A stretch of 64,000 bases of DNA, from positions 17,459 to 81,458 of the forward strand of contig CAZPMT010000001.1 in NCBI GenBank assembly GCA_964587655.1, read 5' to 3'. Position 1 is the first letter of the stretch. Every line of letters begins with the position of its first letter. The notes under the pieces are model-generated. The model made no database searches. It was not told the DNA's origin and worked only from the letters and a program-made list of their open reading frames with translations. Below are positions 9,991 through 18,603 of this stretch, one piece after another. Position numbers and translations under genes: made by a program. The stretch is from an uncultured Nitrospiraceae bacterium (lineage in GTDB: Bacteria; Hydrogenedentota; Hydrogenedentia; Hydrogenedentales; SLHB01).

Positions 9991-12900
9991 ATGCCTGCAT
10001 TGTTGGACGAGTATATATTCACAGGCGTAACGGGCAATGCGGCGTGGGCCGCCATCAAGACGGCGTGGGAAGTCGCCACTAAGAAGTCATGGGAACAGAT
10101 CTATCTCGACGCGTTCCCGAAGGCGCTTGCCGCTTCGAAGGAACAACCCAGGAAGTACACTGATGGCGCTGAGCCTTTATTGAATGGCGCCGCCCTGCAG
10201 CGCGCCATCACACGCGCGGCGGCGTCACCGCTTGCCGACCACGCTCTCACCGAGTTGACCGGGGATGCACTCGTGAAACATCTCGGGGCCGTCATGGCCG
10301 AGGAGCGGGTAATCGAGTTCGAGGGGAACAACCTGGCGGAGGAAGGATACGCACAGGTAGTGCGCAACCTCGTCCGCTCTGCCCATGCCGTCTTCTGGGA
10401 CGGTGTCGTGAAGAACGAGACGGCCTTCCGCAATGGCGTGTTCTTGGAGTTCCAGGCGAACCGCGCCCAACTACAAGACATCAAAGACGCCCTCTCTAAG
10501 CTCAGCCTGTTGAAAGCGCTGGACGAGAAACAGGATTACCAGACACGGCTTCTCGAGCGGCAGTCGCTTTCAATGGACGAGATCAAGGGTATTGTCTTGC
10601 GCATTGAAGAGCGCCTCGCCCGGAAATCCTTCGATAGGGAACTGGACGAGGTACTGCCTCCCGCGAAGCGAGAGCCTGCGGGTGCACCGAAGTTCGAAGC
10701 CGACTTCGTTCATGCCTATCCGCTGCAAGCGAACTTCACGGGGCGGAAAACGGAACGCCAGGCGCTTCTCGACGTGAAGTATGACGTTTTCGTCAGCTAT
10801 AGCCATAAGGACAAAGAATGGGTGCACGGACGGCTATTGCCCGGTCTGGAGAGATCGGGACTGAAGGTGTGCCTTGACTTTCGGGACTTTGAGCTGGGCG
10901 TTTCAGCGGCCATCAACATGGAGCGCGCAGTGCAGCAAAGCCGGAAGACCATTCTCGTGCTTACACCGAACTGGGTCGAAAGCGAGTGGACGGAATTTGA
11001 GTCCCTGCTGATCCAGACCAAAGATCCGGCAGGCCGGCGTCAACGCATGTTGCCGGTGATGCTCGAGGAATGCAGCCTGCCTGACCGTTTGAGCATTCTG
11101 ACGTATGCGGACTTCAGAAATGAACAGGATTGGGAGTTCCAACTCGAGCGCGTGTTGCGCACACTCTGTGTTGAAAGGACAACTGCTCCGCCAAGCGATA
11201 AGCTTCCCGTAGTCCAACCCATCATCCAGCCCGATTTTGTCCATCCGTATCCGCTGCAAGCTAACTTCACGGGGCGGAAGAAGGAACGCGGCGCGCTGAC
11301 GACGTGGTTTGTCCAGCGTGAGCAGCCGGTGTATGCCGTGGTCGCCATAGGGGGTATGGGCAAGTCGGCGGTAACGTGGGTGTGGGTGTTGCAGGATCTG
11401 CTGGGGCTGCGCACATTCACGAAGGAGGCGTGCGCGGTCGAGCAGGAGAACCGTCCCGAGGGGGTGTTGTGGTGGAGCTTCTATGACAGCAAGGCACGGT
11501 TTGCGTCGTTCCTAGATCGCGCGCTGGAATACGCGAGCGGCGGGGCCGTGGACCCGCGCGGGATACCGTCGGAACACGACAAGGCGGACAAGCTCATCGA
11601 CCTGCTCGAAAAGCGCGACATCCTCCTGGTGCTCGATGGGTTTGAGCGTGAACTCCGGGCGTATGCGAGTCTGAACGCGCCATACATGGGAGACGGTGAG
11701 GAAAGACACGAGGTCACGGAACAGCGCGTGTGCGTCGACCCGCACGCGGCCTACTTCCTCCAGTGGGCGGCGTCACTGCCGTTGCGGGGCCGGATCCTGA
11801 TGACGACCCGCCTCATGCCGCGCGATCTGGAGGGGAACGACGGCAATCCACTTGACGGCTGTGCGAATAACGAACTGAAAGGCTTCGACCCGGCCGATGT
11901 GGCGGCTTTCTTCCGCGCCGAGGGCATCAAAGGAATGCCATCCGAGATCAAGGCGGCCTGCGCTCCTTACGCATACCATCCACTCGCCGTTCGGCTGTTG
12001 GCCGGGGCGATCATCCGAGACAAACGCAAACCGCGGGACATTGAGACCGCCAAGCGGCACGTGGTCACGGCGGAACTGAAGGGCAAGGACAAGCATCACA
12101 TCCTGCAGGTGGCTTACGATGAATTGGCCGCGAAGCGCCGCAAAATCCTGAGCCAGATCGCCGCGTTCCGCAATCCCATGACCTTCGAAACCTTGGCGGC
12201 CGTGCTGCCCGTGAGCGGCGCACACGAACTGGAAGTCATCCTGGACGAGTTGGTCGAGCGCGGCCTGCTGCTCTGCAACGACGGCCTATACGACCTGCAT
12301 CCCGTCGTGCGGCAATATGCCTACGAACGGCTGACGGACAAGGAAGGCGTCCACACGCGCTTGCGCGACCATTTCAGCGCCGTGCCCATGCCGCAGGACA
12401 CGGAGAAGGTCAAATGCATCGAAAACCTCGACCCCGTGATCGAGCTGTACCACCACACGGTCCGGGCGGGGCAGTTCGACGAGGCCTGTGACGTATTCTA
12501 CGTGCGTCTCCAGGACGTTCTGTACTACCGCTTCGGGGCGTACGATCGCTGCATTGAACTCTTGTGCGCACTGTTCCCGGAGGGAGAGCCTTTGGTCAAA
12601 GACGGCCAGGCCAAGGTACCACGACTGACGAAGGAATCCGACCAAGCCTGGGCGCTGAACGCCCTTGCCTGCTGTTGCAGTGCGTCCGGCCAACCCCGGC
12701 GGGCTTTGCCGCTGTTTGAGCTACAGAACAAGCTCCGGGATGACGCAAAGGACGAGATGAATCTTGCCATTGGCCTGGAAAACTTGGCCTGTATGGCGCA
12801 ACTCCACCTCGGCCAACTGGGTGCTGCCGAAGAGAACCTCCGTCGGAGCATCGCCTTGTCTCGGGAGATTAGGGACGCGCTCGGGGTGGCTGACGCGTGC

Positions 12901-13578
12901 CAGAATTTGGGGCTGTTGCTGGCATGCCTGGGAGGGTTTGGTGAGAGCGAGACAGAATTGGACGCGGCGGTGCGGGGCTTCAAGGAGCAAGAAAAGACGC
13001 AGGGCGAGGGCATCGTTGAGTGCAGCCGCGCCCTGCGGGCCATCATCATGGGAGATGCCCAAGCCGCGTTGGCAGCCGCCCGTCACGCGCTGGAGTTGTG
13101 GCACAAGACGGCAAGAGAGAGATTCCGCTACGAGCGCGACCGCGTGCGGGTCGAGTGGTTGGTAGGCTGGGCGCTGACGGCCCTGGCGGAAGAGCGGCCG
13201 GGGGACGTGGCCAGTCTCCTTGCCGAGGCCGAACAGCATCTCACCGAGGCACTGACCCGTTGCCGGAACATCAACATGGTCGATCACGAGCCGGACATTC
13301 TCCTGGCTTGGGCGCGTTGGCATTTCGCGAAAGGGGACGCGGTTCGCGCGAGCCAGTGGGCTGCGGAGGCCCTATTCATCGCCGACCGGTGCGAGTACCG
13401 GCTGAAGCAGGCCGACATCCACAACTTCCTTGCGCGGCTTGCGCTTGATGCCGGTGACAAGGCCGCAGCACGAAGCGAAGCCGGGATCGCGAAGGAACGC
13501 GCTTGGTGCGACGGCCCACCGCATTGTTACAAACCCGCCCTCGATGAAGCCGAACGCCTGTTGAAAGAGATCGGGTAA
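9991..13578 (+). CDS. TIR-domain / STAND (NB-ARC-like P-loop NTPase) / TPR-repeat protein with ~250-aa unknown N-terminal domain; candidate defense or signalling NTPase
   Basis: TIR: YDVFVSYSHKDKEWVHGRLL...; P-loop AIGGMGKSAVTW, Walker B ILLVLDGFE; C-terminal TPR-like helical repeats; an intragenic direct repeat (10702-10759 / 11233-11290) brackets the TIR. Confidence 0.8.
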   Translation: MPALLDEYIFTGVTGNAAWAAIKTAWEVATKKSWEQIYLDAFPKALAASKEQPRKYTDGAEPLLNGAALQRAITRAAASPLADHALTELTGDALVKHLGAVMAEERVIEFEGNNLAEEGYAQVVRNLVRSAHAVFWDGVVKNETAFRNGVFLEFQANRAQLQDIKDALSKLSLLKALDEKQDYQTRLLERQSLSMDEIKGIVLRIEERLARKSFDRELDEVLPPAKREPAGAPKFEADFVHAYPLQANFTGRKTERQALLDVKYDVFVSYSHKDKEWVHGRLLPGLERSGLKVCLDFRDFELGVSAAINMERAVQQSRKTILVLTPNWVESEWTEFESLLIQTKDPAGRRQRMLPVMLEECSLPDRLSILTYADFRNEQDWEFQLERVLRTLCVERTTAPPSDKLPVVQPIIQPDFVHPYPLQANFTGRKKERGALTTWFVQREQPVYAVVAIGGMGKSAVTWVWVLQDLLGLRTFTKEACAVEQENRPEGVLWWSFYDSKARFASFLDRALEYASGGAVDPRGIPSEHDKADKLIDLLEKRDILLVLDGFERELRAYASLNAPYMGDGEERHEVTEQRVCVDPHAAYFLQWAASLPLRGRILMTTRLMPRDLEGNDGNPLDGCANNELKGFDPADVAAFFRAEGIKGMPSEIKAACAPYAYHPLAVRLLAGAIIRDKRKPRDIETAKRHVVTAELKGKDKHHILQVAYDELAAKRRKILSQIAAFRNPMTFETLAAVLPVSGAHELEVILDELVERGLLLCNDGLYDLHPVVRQYAYERLTDKEGVHTRLRDHFSAVPMPQDTEKVKCIENLDPVIELYHHTVRAGQFDEACDVFYVRLQDVLYYRFGAYDRCIELLCALFPEGEPLVKDGQAKVPRLTKESDQAWALNALACCCSASGQPRRALPLFELQNKLRDDAKDEMNLAIGLENLACMAQLHLGQLGAAEENLRRSIALSREIRDALGVADACQNLGLLLACLGGFGESETELDAAVRGFKEQEKTQGEGIVECSRALRAIIMGDAQAALAAARHALELWHKTARERFRYERDRVRVEWLVGWALTALAEERPGDVASLLAEAEQHLTEALTRCRNINMVDHEPDILLAWARWHFAKGDAVRASQWAAEALFIADRCEYRLKQADIHNFLARLALDAGDKAAARSEAGIAKERAWCDGPPHCYKPALDEAERLLKEIG

Positions 13579-13624
13579 CGCTTCGGCGGCGGACGTTGCC
13601 CTGCCGTAGCGTGCTGAACGCTGG

Positions 13625-13692
13625 TGGCGCGACGTTTCCAACGTCGCGGGGTAGCTGCCAGATCGAACTGCGACGTTGGAAACGTCGCGCCA
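13625..13692. terminator. 23-bp perfect inverted repeat (TGGCGCGACGTTTCCAACGTCGC / loop 22 nt) downstream of the TIR-STAND gene and convergent with the PIN operon; stem-loop, possibly a bidirectional terminator
   Basis: arms 13625-13647 and 13670-13692 are exact reverse complements; no T-run, so a rho-independent terminator is uncertain. Confidence 0.35.
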
Positions 13693-13776
13693 CTGTGAAT
13701 AGTTTGTCAAGTTATTTTGGCGCGCCGCCTAAGCGTCAATGAACGGCGAAAACGGAGCGCGAACGCGGCGTCCTCG

Positions 13777-13968
13777 CTATTTTGCTGCGTCTTCCCGCCG
13801 CTTGGCGGCAGATTGCCACATTCTTGCCGCAGGGCTGTCGGCGGTTGCAAGCCTGTGAAGACGCTTCTGACGCTCTTCCTCCGCCGTCAATCCCTCGTAC
13901 TCATTCAGAAGCTCTGCCTGGATGCGGTTCTTCATCTCAATGCAGTCAAATGCCATTTTGTCGTTCAT
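13777..13968 (-). CDS. small (~63 aa) protein, paralog A of a 3-member family (FDC[VI]EM motif) encoded immediately downstream of nuclease genes; putative antitoxin/partner
   Basis: MNDKMAFDCIEMKNRIQAELLNEYEGL... paralogous to 32186-32383 and 30787-30963; starts 2 nt after the PIN gene stop. Confidence 0.45.
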   Translation of the reverse strand: MNDKMAFDCIEMKNRIQAELLNEYEGLTAEEERQKRLHRLATADSPAARMWQSAAKRREDAAK

Positions 13969-13970
13969 GG

Positions 13971-14432
13971 CTAGACGACCTCCTTTGGAGAACGAATCTC
14001 GACTAACGGATACCCTTGTTGAAGGTTGACCGCGTTGAAACCGCGGATCTTGTCGAGATGAACAATGTGCTTGAAGTTCCAACTTACGATCATGTCCACA
14101 CGTTCCACCGACGCGATAGCGACATGGTGCGCGTCATTGCGCGAGGCCCTTCCTACAATGCTCGCTTCAAGATAACCGTCGCGTAATGCCTCCGACTCAA
14201 ACGAGCTTTCCACCAACTCATAGGCGTGATCGGGCAAGTCTGCCAGTAAGGCCTGAATCTCGCGCGGCGCCTTGTCCAGTTCGTCCAAGACAACATCGGA
14301 AATGACAAACACGACCCTGCCTGCTCGAGCCATTTCAAAGAGCGCCGAGCTTTCCGAAGCGAATTTCCCGTCCAAACACCCTCCTACCACCGAGGTGTCT
14401 ATGTAGATGCGCTGTTTTCTCATGTGCCGCAT
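13971..14432 (-). CDS. PIN-domain ribonuclease (VapC-like toxin)
   Basis: RIYIDTSVV N-terminal PIN motif, SWNFKHIV C-terminal motif, conserved acidic residues; paralog at 32364-32843. Confidence 0.75.
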   Translation of the reverse strand: MRHMRKQRIYIDTSVVGGCLDGKFASESSALFEMARAGRVVFVISDVVLDELDKAPREIQALLADLPDHAYELVESSFESEALRDGYLEASIVGRASRNDAHHVAIASVERVDMIVSWNFKHIVHLDKIRGFNAVNLQQGYPLVEIRSPKEVV

Positions 14433-14537
14433 CTCCCGTCGAGATTGTAGCAGAATCCGGGGAATTCAGAAACTATTTGGGAAAGCGAGTCGCTGTGCGC
14501 GCGGGTCTGGGCCGAATGCGGCGCCTGTGGTCCGTCG

Positions 14538-15347
14538 TTATTTCCAGCGGGCGGCTTGTTCGTCTATTAGGCGGCGGGCGTTGTTGTAGAGGATGTTGCG
14601 CATCTCCTGTGTTTCGATGTGGGCGAACACGACGCAGCCGGCGGCCACCATGGGATCAAACCAAGGGTAGTCGGTGCCGAAGAGGACTTTTTCGGAGCCG
14701 GCGTCGCGGCACATCCACTCGATGAGTCCGTATATGTGGTAGGCCGCCGTCAACTCGAGGTACACGTTGGGAAAATCCGCCGCGAGCCGGATGGCTTTGT
14801 CAAACGCGCCGTAACACGAGTGGCCGAGGATGAGGCGGACGTCGGGATAGCGCTCGGCGACTTTGCGCATGTCGTTCGCGCCGCATCCGCCGTCGGCGCC
14901 CCAGGTGTGCGAAAGCACCATCCACTTCTCGCTGTGCGCGCGCTCCCACACGGGCCGGTAGTTGTCACCATCAACTGGGTAGGCGTGCATGCTGGGGTGG
15001 ACCTTCATGCCGACGACGCCCGGACGGCCCAGGCAGGCGTTCATCTCGCCTTCAATGTCTTGCACGAAATTCGGGTTAATCGTGCAGTAACCGTAAACGC
15101 GCCCGGGATGGCGCTGGACTGCATCGAGCATCTCGCGATTGCCTTCGCGCGTATCGCCGGCCAGTGCGCTGTGCGGCGAGAGGATAATGCTCTCGATGTT
15201 GTCGCGGTCCATGCCCGCGATCATCTTCTCGAGGGGCGCTTCGGGCATGAAGATGCCGTTGAACGGACCGAGATGGCCGTGGGAGTCAATGATGGGACAT
15301 CCTCCGCCGTTCACGAACAGGTCGCTTAGCGCCATCGTTCCTTCCAT
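14538..15347 (-). CDS. amidohydrolase-2 family metal-dependent hydrolase (TIM barrel)
   Basis: IIDSHGHLGP metal-binding start, HSCYG and FGTDYPW motifs typical of PF04909-like amidohydrolases. Confidence 0.7.
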   Translation of the reverse strand: MEGTMALSDLFVNGGGCPIIDSHGHLGPFNGIFMPEAPLEKMIAGMDRDNIESIILSPHSALAGDTREGNREMLDAVQRHPGRVYGYCTINPNFVQDIEGEMNACLGRPGVVGMKVHPSMHAYPVDGDNYRPVWERAHSEKWMVLSHTWGADGGCGANDMRKVAERYPDVRLILGHSCYGAFDKAIRLAADFPNVYLELTAAYHIYGLIEWMCRDAGSEKVLFGTDYPWFDPMVAAGCVVFAHIETQEMRNILYNNARRLIDEQAARWK

Positions 15348-15350
15348 GTA

Positions 15351-15372
15351 GGGACGGGTTTGAAACCCGTCC
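15351..15372. promoter_or_regulatory. perfect hairpin GGGACGGGTTTGAAACCCGTCC abutting the amidohydrolase start codon
   Basis: 10-bp stem with 2-nt loop located 4-25 nt upstream of the start at 15347, between palindrome A copy 2 and the gene. Confidence 0.4.
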
Positions 15373-15386
15373 TACGATCTCCTATG

Positions 15387-15410
15387 GACAAGGGGTTGCA
15401 ACCCCTTGTC
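15387..15410. repeat. 24-bp palindrome GACAAGGGGTTGCAACCCCTTGTC (copy 2)
   Basis: exact copy; ~17 bp after the upstream gene stop (15427) and ~40 bp before the downstream start (15347). Confidence 0.85.
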
Positions 15411-15426
15411 GTCCGTCCACCAAGTT

Positions 15427-16174
15427 TCACCACGCGATCTCGCTGATAAGCCGTTCGAGGTTTCGGTGGGCAATCGCTTCGCGCGCCTCCTCGCCGATCT
15501 CCGCCCGGTACACCATGAGTACATAACCGCCGGCATAGTTGCGCGGCAGGCCGGAACCGAACACGATGTGGTTATACCCCACCTTGTTGACGATGCTCTG
15601 TAGTTGTCCCGCGGTCTCGAGTCGATTCGTCGTGATGAAAAACCGTTCGTACCTTCTCATGAGGGGCCGGAAATATCGGTCCTGTCCCCAACAGCCGGTC
15701 TCTGTGAGGATGAGTGTGAGCCGCGGGAAGTCGCGCATGATCTGATATACGCCCTGCCATCCGCCGGGCACTTCCGGAAACGGCACAATCACCGGGAGGT
15801 AACACGCGGCGAACAACTCCAATAGATTGCCGCAGGCCACGGGATCGAGCGTGAAACAGTGCCGTGTCGGAAACGCTCGCGCCGCTAGCACGCCTGACGC
15901 CCGCGCGTGTTTGACGAATTCCCCCGCAGGAAGCATCTCCTCGCAACACGTGGGCACAAACGTTATCGTCGGGTACAGGCGCGTGTACGCGTCCAGATCC
16001 GGGAGACGCCGGTTGCCCACGTCAAAATCGCGTTCCCACGCATCCCGGTGCCACACGAGGGCCTTCTGAATGCCGGAGTGGTCGAGTTCCGCGACGAGGT
16101 CCTTGACGGTTTCGATCTCGCGCGGCAGCGCGATGGCCCCGCGTCCGTACGACACGTCGCAATCAAAAAAGTCC
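15427..16174 (-). CDS. amidohydrolase-like TIM-barrel protein (probable GTG start overlapping the PBP1A stop)
   Basis: sequence resembles amidohydrolase-2 fold proteins; start inferred at GTG with a GGAGA RBS; the track's longer ORF overlaps the PBP gene. Confidence 0.45.
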
Positions 16175-18367
16175 ACGAAGTTCCGTCTCCGATCCCAACG
16201 GCTGCATTCCGGCCGCGTCCATCCGTTCGACCGGTGGCATGGTCCCCGCGATAAACGCTTCGCGAAACGATCCGCCTTCGACCCCCGTATTCCGGTCCAC
16301 CTGGAAAAAGGTGACGCCATCGGGCACTTCGAAATCCTGCACCGGCAGGCCTTCCTCCGCGGCAATCATGAAATCTGTCCAGACGGGGTTGGCCAGGCGT
16401 CCGCCCGTAAAATCCTTCCCGTGGCCTAGGGGCCGGTTGTCACGATAACCGATCCAGACCACGCATGTGAAATCGGTTGTGAACCCGCAGAACCAGACGT
16501 TCCGGCTCTCATTGCTCGTGCCCGTTTTCCCGCCGCGTGTGCGGCCCGGTTCCGCCTTGTCCCATTGGGCCTGCGTATTGGCGCCCGTGCCGAAACGGCA
16601 TACGCCCTGCATCAAGTAGGTGAGCACGTAAGCCACGTTCGCGTTCATGACCTCTTCGCGCGCGGCAGGTTTAGTCATGCCGGAAACGGTGACGCCGTCG
16701 CGGTTCCGGATTCGCGCGATCATCACTGGGTCATAGCGGACGCCTCCGTTCGCGAAGCACGAGTAGGCGACGCAATGATCGATAACGGTAACGTCCGGCG
16801 AGCCGAGCGCAATCGTGAGTCCCACGGCGTTATCGATGGGCGTTCGGATCCCGGCGCGTTCGAGGAGCGACCGCACCTGCGGCATCCCTAACCGTTCGAC
16901 GAGTTTGATCGAGACGATGTTGATCGATTTCGCGAGCGCATTACGCAGCGTAATCGGGCCTTGGTAGTCGCCGCCGAAGTTCTTGGGCGTCCACACGTTT
17001 CCCCACGGATCCACGCGGACGAACGGCTCGTCGACCTCGATGTCGGAAGGGGTCATGCCGTTTGCGATGGCGGTGGCCCAGACGAACGGTTTGATGCTTG
17101 AACCGGGCTGGCGCCGGGCCTGCGTGGCGGTGTTGTACTTCTCTTGTTCGAAGTCGCGTCCGCCTACCATCGCGCGAATGTATCCCTTGCTGCCGGGACG
17201 GTTGTCGATACAGACGAGCGCCCCGGTCACGGGCGTGAACTCGCTCTCCTTGCCGTCGCGTTTGAGTGCTTCGCGCTTCTTGGCGTCGAAGTCATCGAGC
17301 GCCTTGAAAAGGCTCTGCTCGGCGGCCTGCTGCATGCGCCAATCGAGGGTCGTGCGGACCTCGAGGCCTTCCTGAAAGACTTCGGTCTTATCGGCCTGAC
17401 TCAGCAGATACTGGCGGATCTCCTCGACGAAATACGGCGCCTTGAACTTGTTCGGCTCCCAGATTCCTTTGCCGTCCGCGGCCAACTGCTGCCGCTTCTC
17501 CGGCGTCATGACCGAATCCTCGACGGATTCCTTGATCGCGGCGTCGTATTCCTGCTGGGTGATGAACTGGTTTTCGAGCATCTGCTGGAGAACGATGTTG
17601 CGTCGCTGGCGCGAGTTTTCCAGGTAGTGAAACGGCTCGTTCTTGTTCGGCGACCGCGGCAAGCCGGCCAGCAACGCCGCCTCGCCGAGTGTCAATTGCC
17701 AGCAGTGCTTGCCGAAATACTGTTGTGAAGCCGCCTCGACTCCATAGGCGCTCACACCGAGGAACACCTGGTTCAGGTACAACTCGAGAATCTCGTCCTT
17801 CGTGAAATCCCGCTCGATCTGAAGCGCGATCAGGGCTTCGCGGAGTTTCCGTTTCACGGTCCGCTCCTGTCCCACCTCGAGCGGCTCGACGTTCCGGACC
17901 ACCTGTTGCGTGATGGTGCTTCCCCCGCGCATACGCTGCCCCGACAGTAACGATGAAACGAACGCGTTCAGGATCGCGTCCGGACGCACCCCCTTATGCT
18001 GGTAGAAGGTGTCATCTTCGGTGGCCAGAAACGCCTTCTGCACGTACAACGGGATCTCCGACAGGTTCACCAACTGGCGCTGCTCGATCGAGAACTCGCC
18101 CAGAAGTTCGCCATCCGCTGAGTACACCTTGCTGCCGACTTTCGGCCGGAACGTCTCGAGGGCCTGGATCGCGCTCTTCGTGTCGTTCAAGATCCACACA
18201 AACGCCCCGAGCGCCGCGCCCCAGCCCGCGGCGAGTAGGAGCATGCCCGCAAGGAACAGACCCGCGCAACCGCGCTTTCGAGGAAGCAAGAGGGCGGTTG
18301 TATCCACAGTTTGTCGTGGCTTGACAAACTGTGCGGCGGTTTCGCTTGAGGCGTCCATTGATCGCAT
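16163..18367 (-). CDS. penicillin-binding protein 1A family (bifunctional GT51 transglycosylase / transpeptidase)
   Basis: GT51 motif ATEDDTFYQHKGV, transpeptidase SSIKPF (SxxK), N-terminal TM anchor. Confidence 0.85.
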   Translation of the reverse strand: MRSMDASSETAAQFVKPRQTVDTTALLLPRKRGCAGLFLAGMLLLAAGWGAALGAFVWILNDTKSAIQALETFRPKVGSKVYSADGELLGEFSIEQRQLVNLSEIPLYVQKAFLATEDDTFYQHKGVRPDAILNAFVSSLLSGQRMRGGSTITQQVVRNVEPLEVGQERTVKRKLREALIALQIERDFTKDEILELYLNQVFLGVSAYGVEAASQQYFGKHCWQLTLGEAALLAGLPRSPNKNEPFHYLENSRQRRNIVLQQMLENQFITQQEYDAAIKESVEDSVMTPEKRQQLAADGKGIWEPNKFKAPYFVEEIRQYLLSQADKTEVFQEGLEVRTTLDWRMQQAAEQSLFKALDDFDAKKREALKRDGKESEFTPVTGALVCIDNRPGSKGYIRAMVGGRDFEQEKYNTATQARRQPGSSIKPFVWATAIANGMTPSDIEVDEPFVRVDPWGNVWTPKNFGGDYQGPITLRNALAKSINIVSIKLVERLGMPQVRSLLERAGIRTPIDNAVGLTIALGSPDVTVIDHCVAYSCFANGGVRYDPVMIARIRNRDGVTVSGMTKPAAREEVMNANVAYVLTYLMQGVCRFGTGANTQAQWDKAEPGRTRGGKTGTSNESRNVWFCGFTTDFTCVVWIGYRDNRPLGHGKDFTGGRLANPVWTDFMIAAEEGLPVQDFEVPDGVTFFQVDRNTGVEGGSFREAFIAGTMPPVERMDAAGMQPLGSETELRGLF
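18305..18333. repeat. 29-bp split palindrome CACAGTTTGTC-N7-GACAAACTGTG (copy 1 of 3), inside the 5' end of the PBP1A ORF
   Basis: exact 11-bp arms; copies at 19838-19866 and 20139-20167. Confidence 0.8.
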
Positions 18368-18509
18368 ACGGAGAGCTTACCATTCCATGTTTTTGCGCTG
18401 CAAAGGCGTGACGGCACGCCGCAACAAGGGTGTTAATCCCCATCGGTGGCCGATGGATGCATGACCCTGAATTCGGCAGTTGAAACCGAGAGGAATCGTC
18501 CGAACGCTG

Positions 18510-18603
18510 GACGAGGCGGACTCTATGGACGAAATGGACGTAACCCCGCAGGAGAGCCTTTTCGGTGTCCACGTCGTCCATAAAGTCCATGCCGTCCATC
18601 ATT
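18510..18603. repeat. ~95-bp imperfect hairpin element built from 9-bp-periodic GTGGAC / GTCCAC half-sites (4 per arm)
   Basis: reverse complement aligns closely with 52950-53042; arms contain (R)TGGAC-N3 repeated four times with period 9. Confidence 0.7.
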
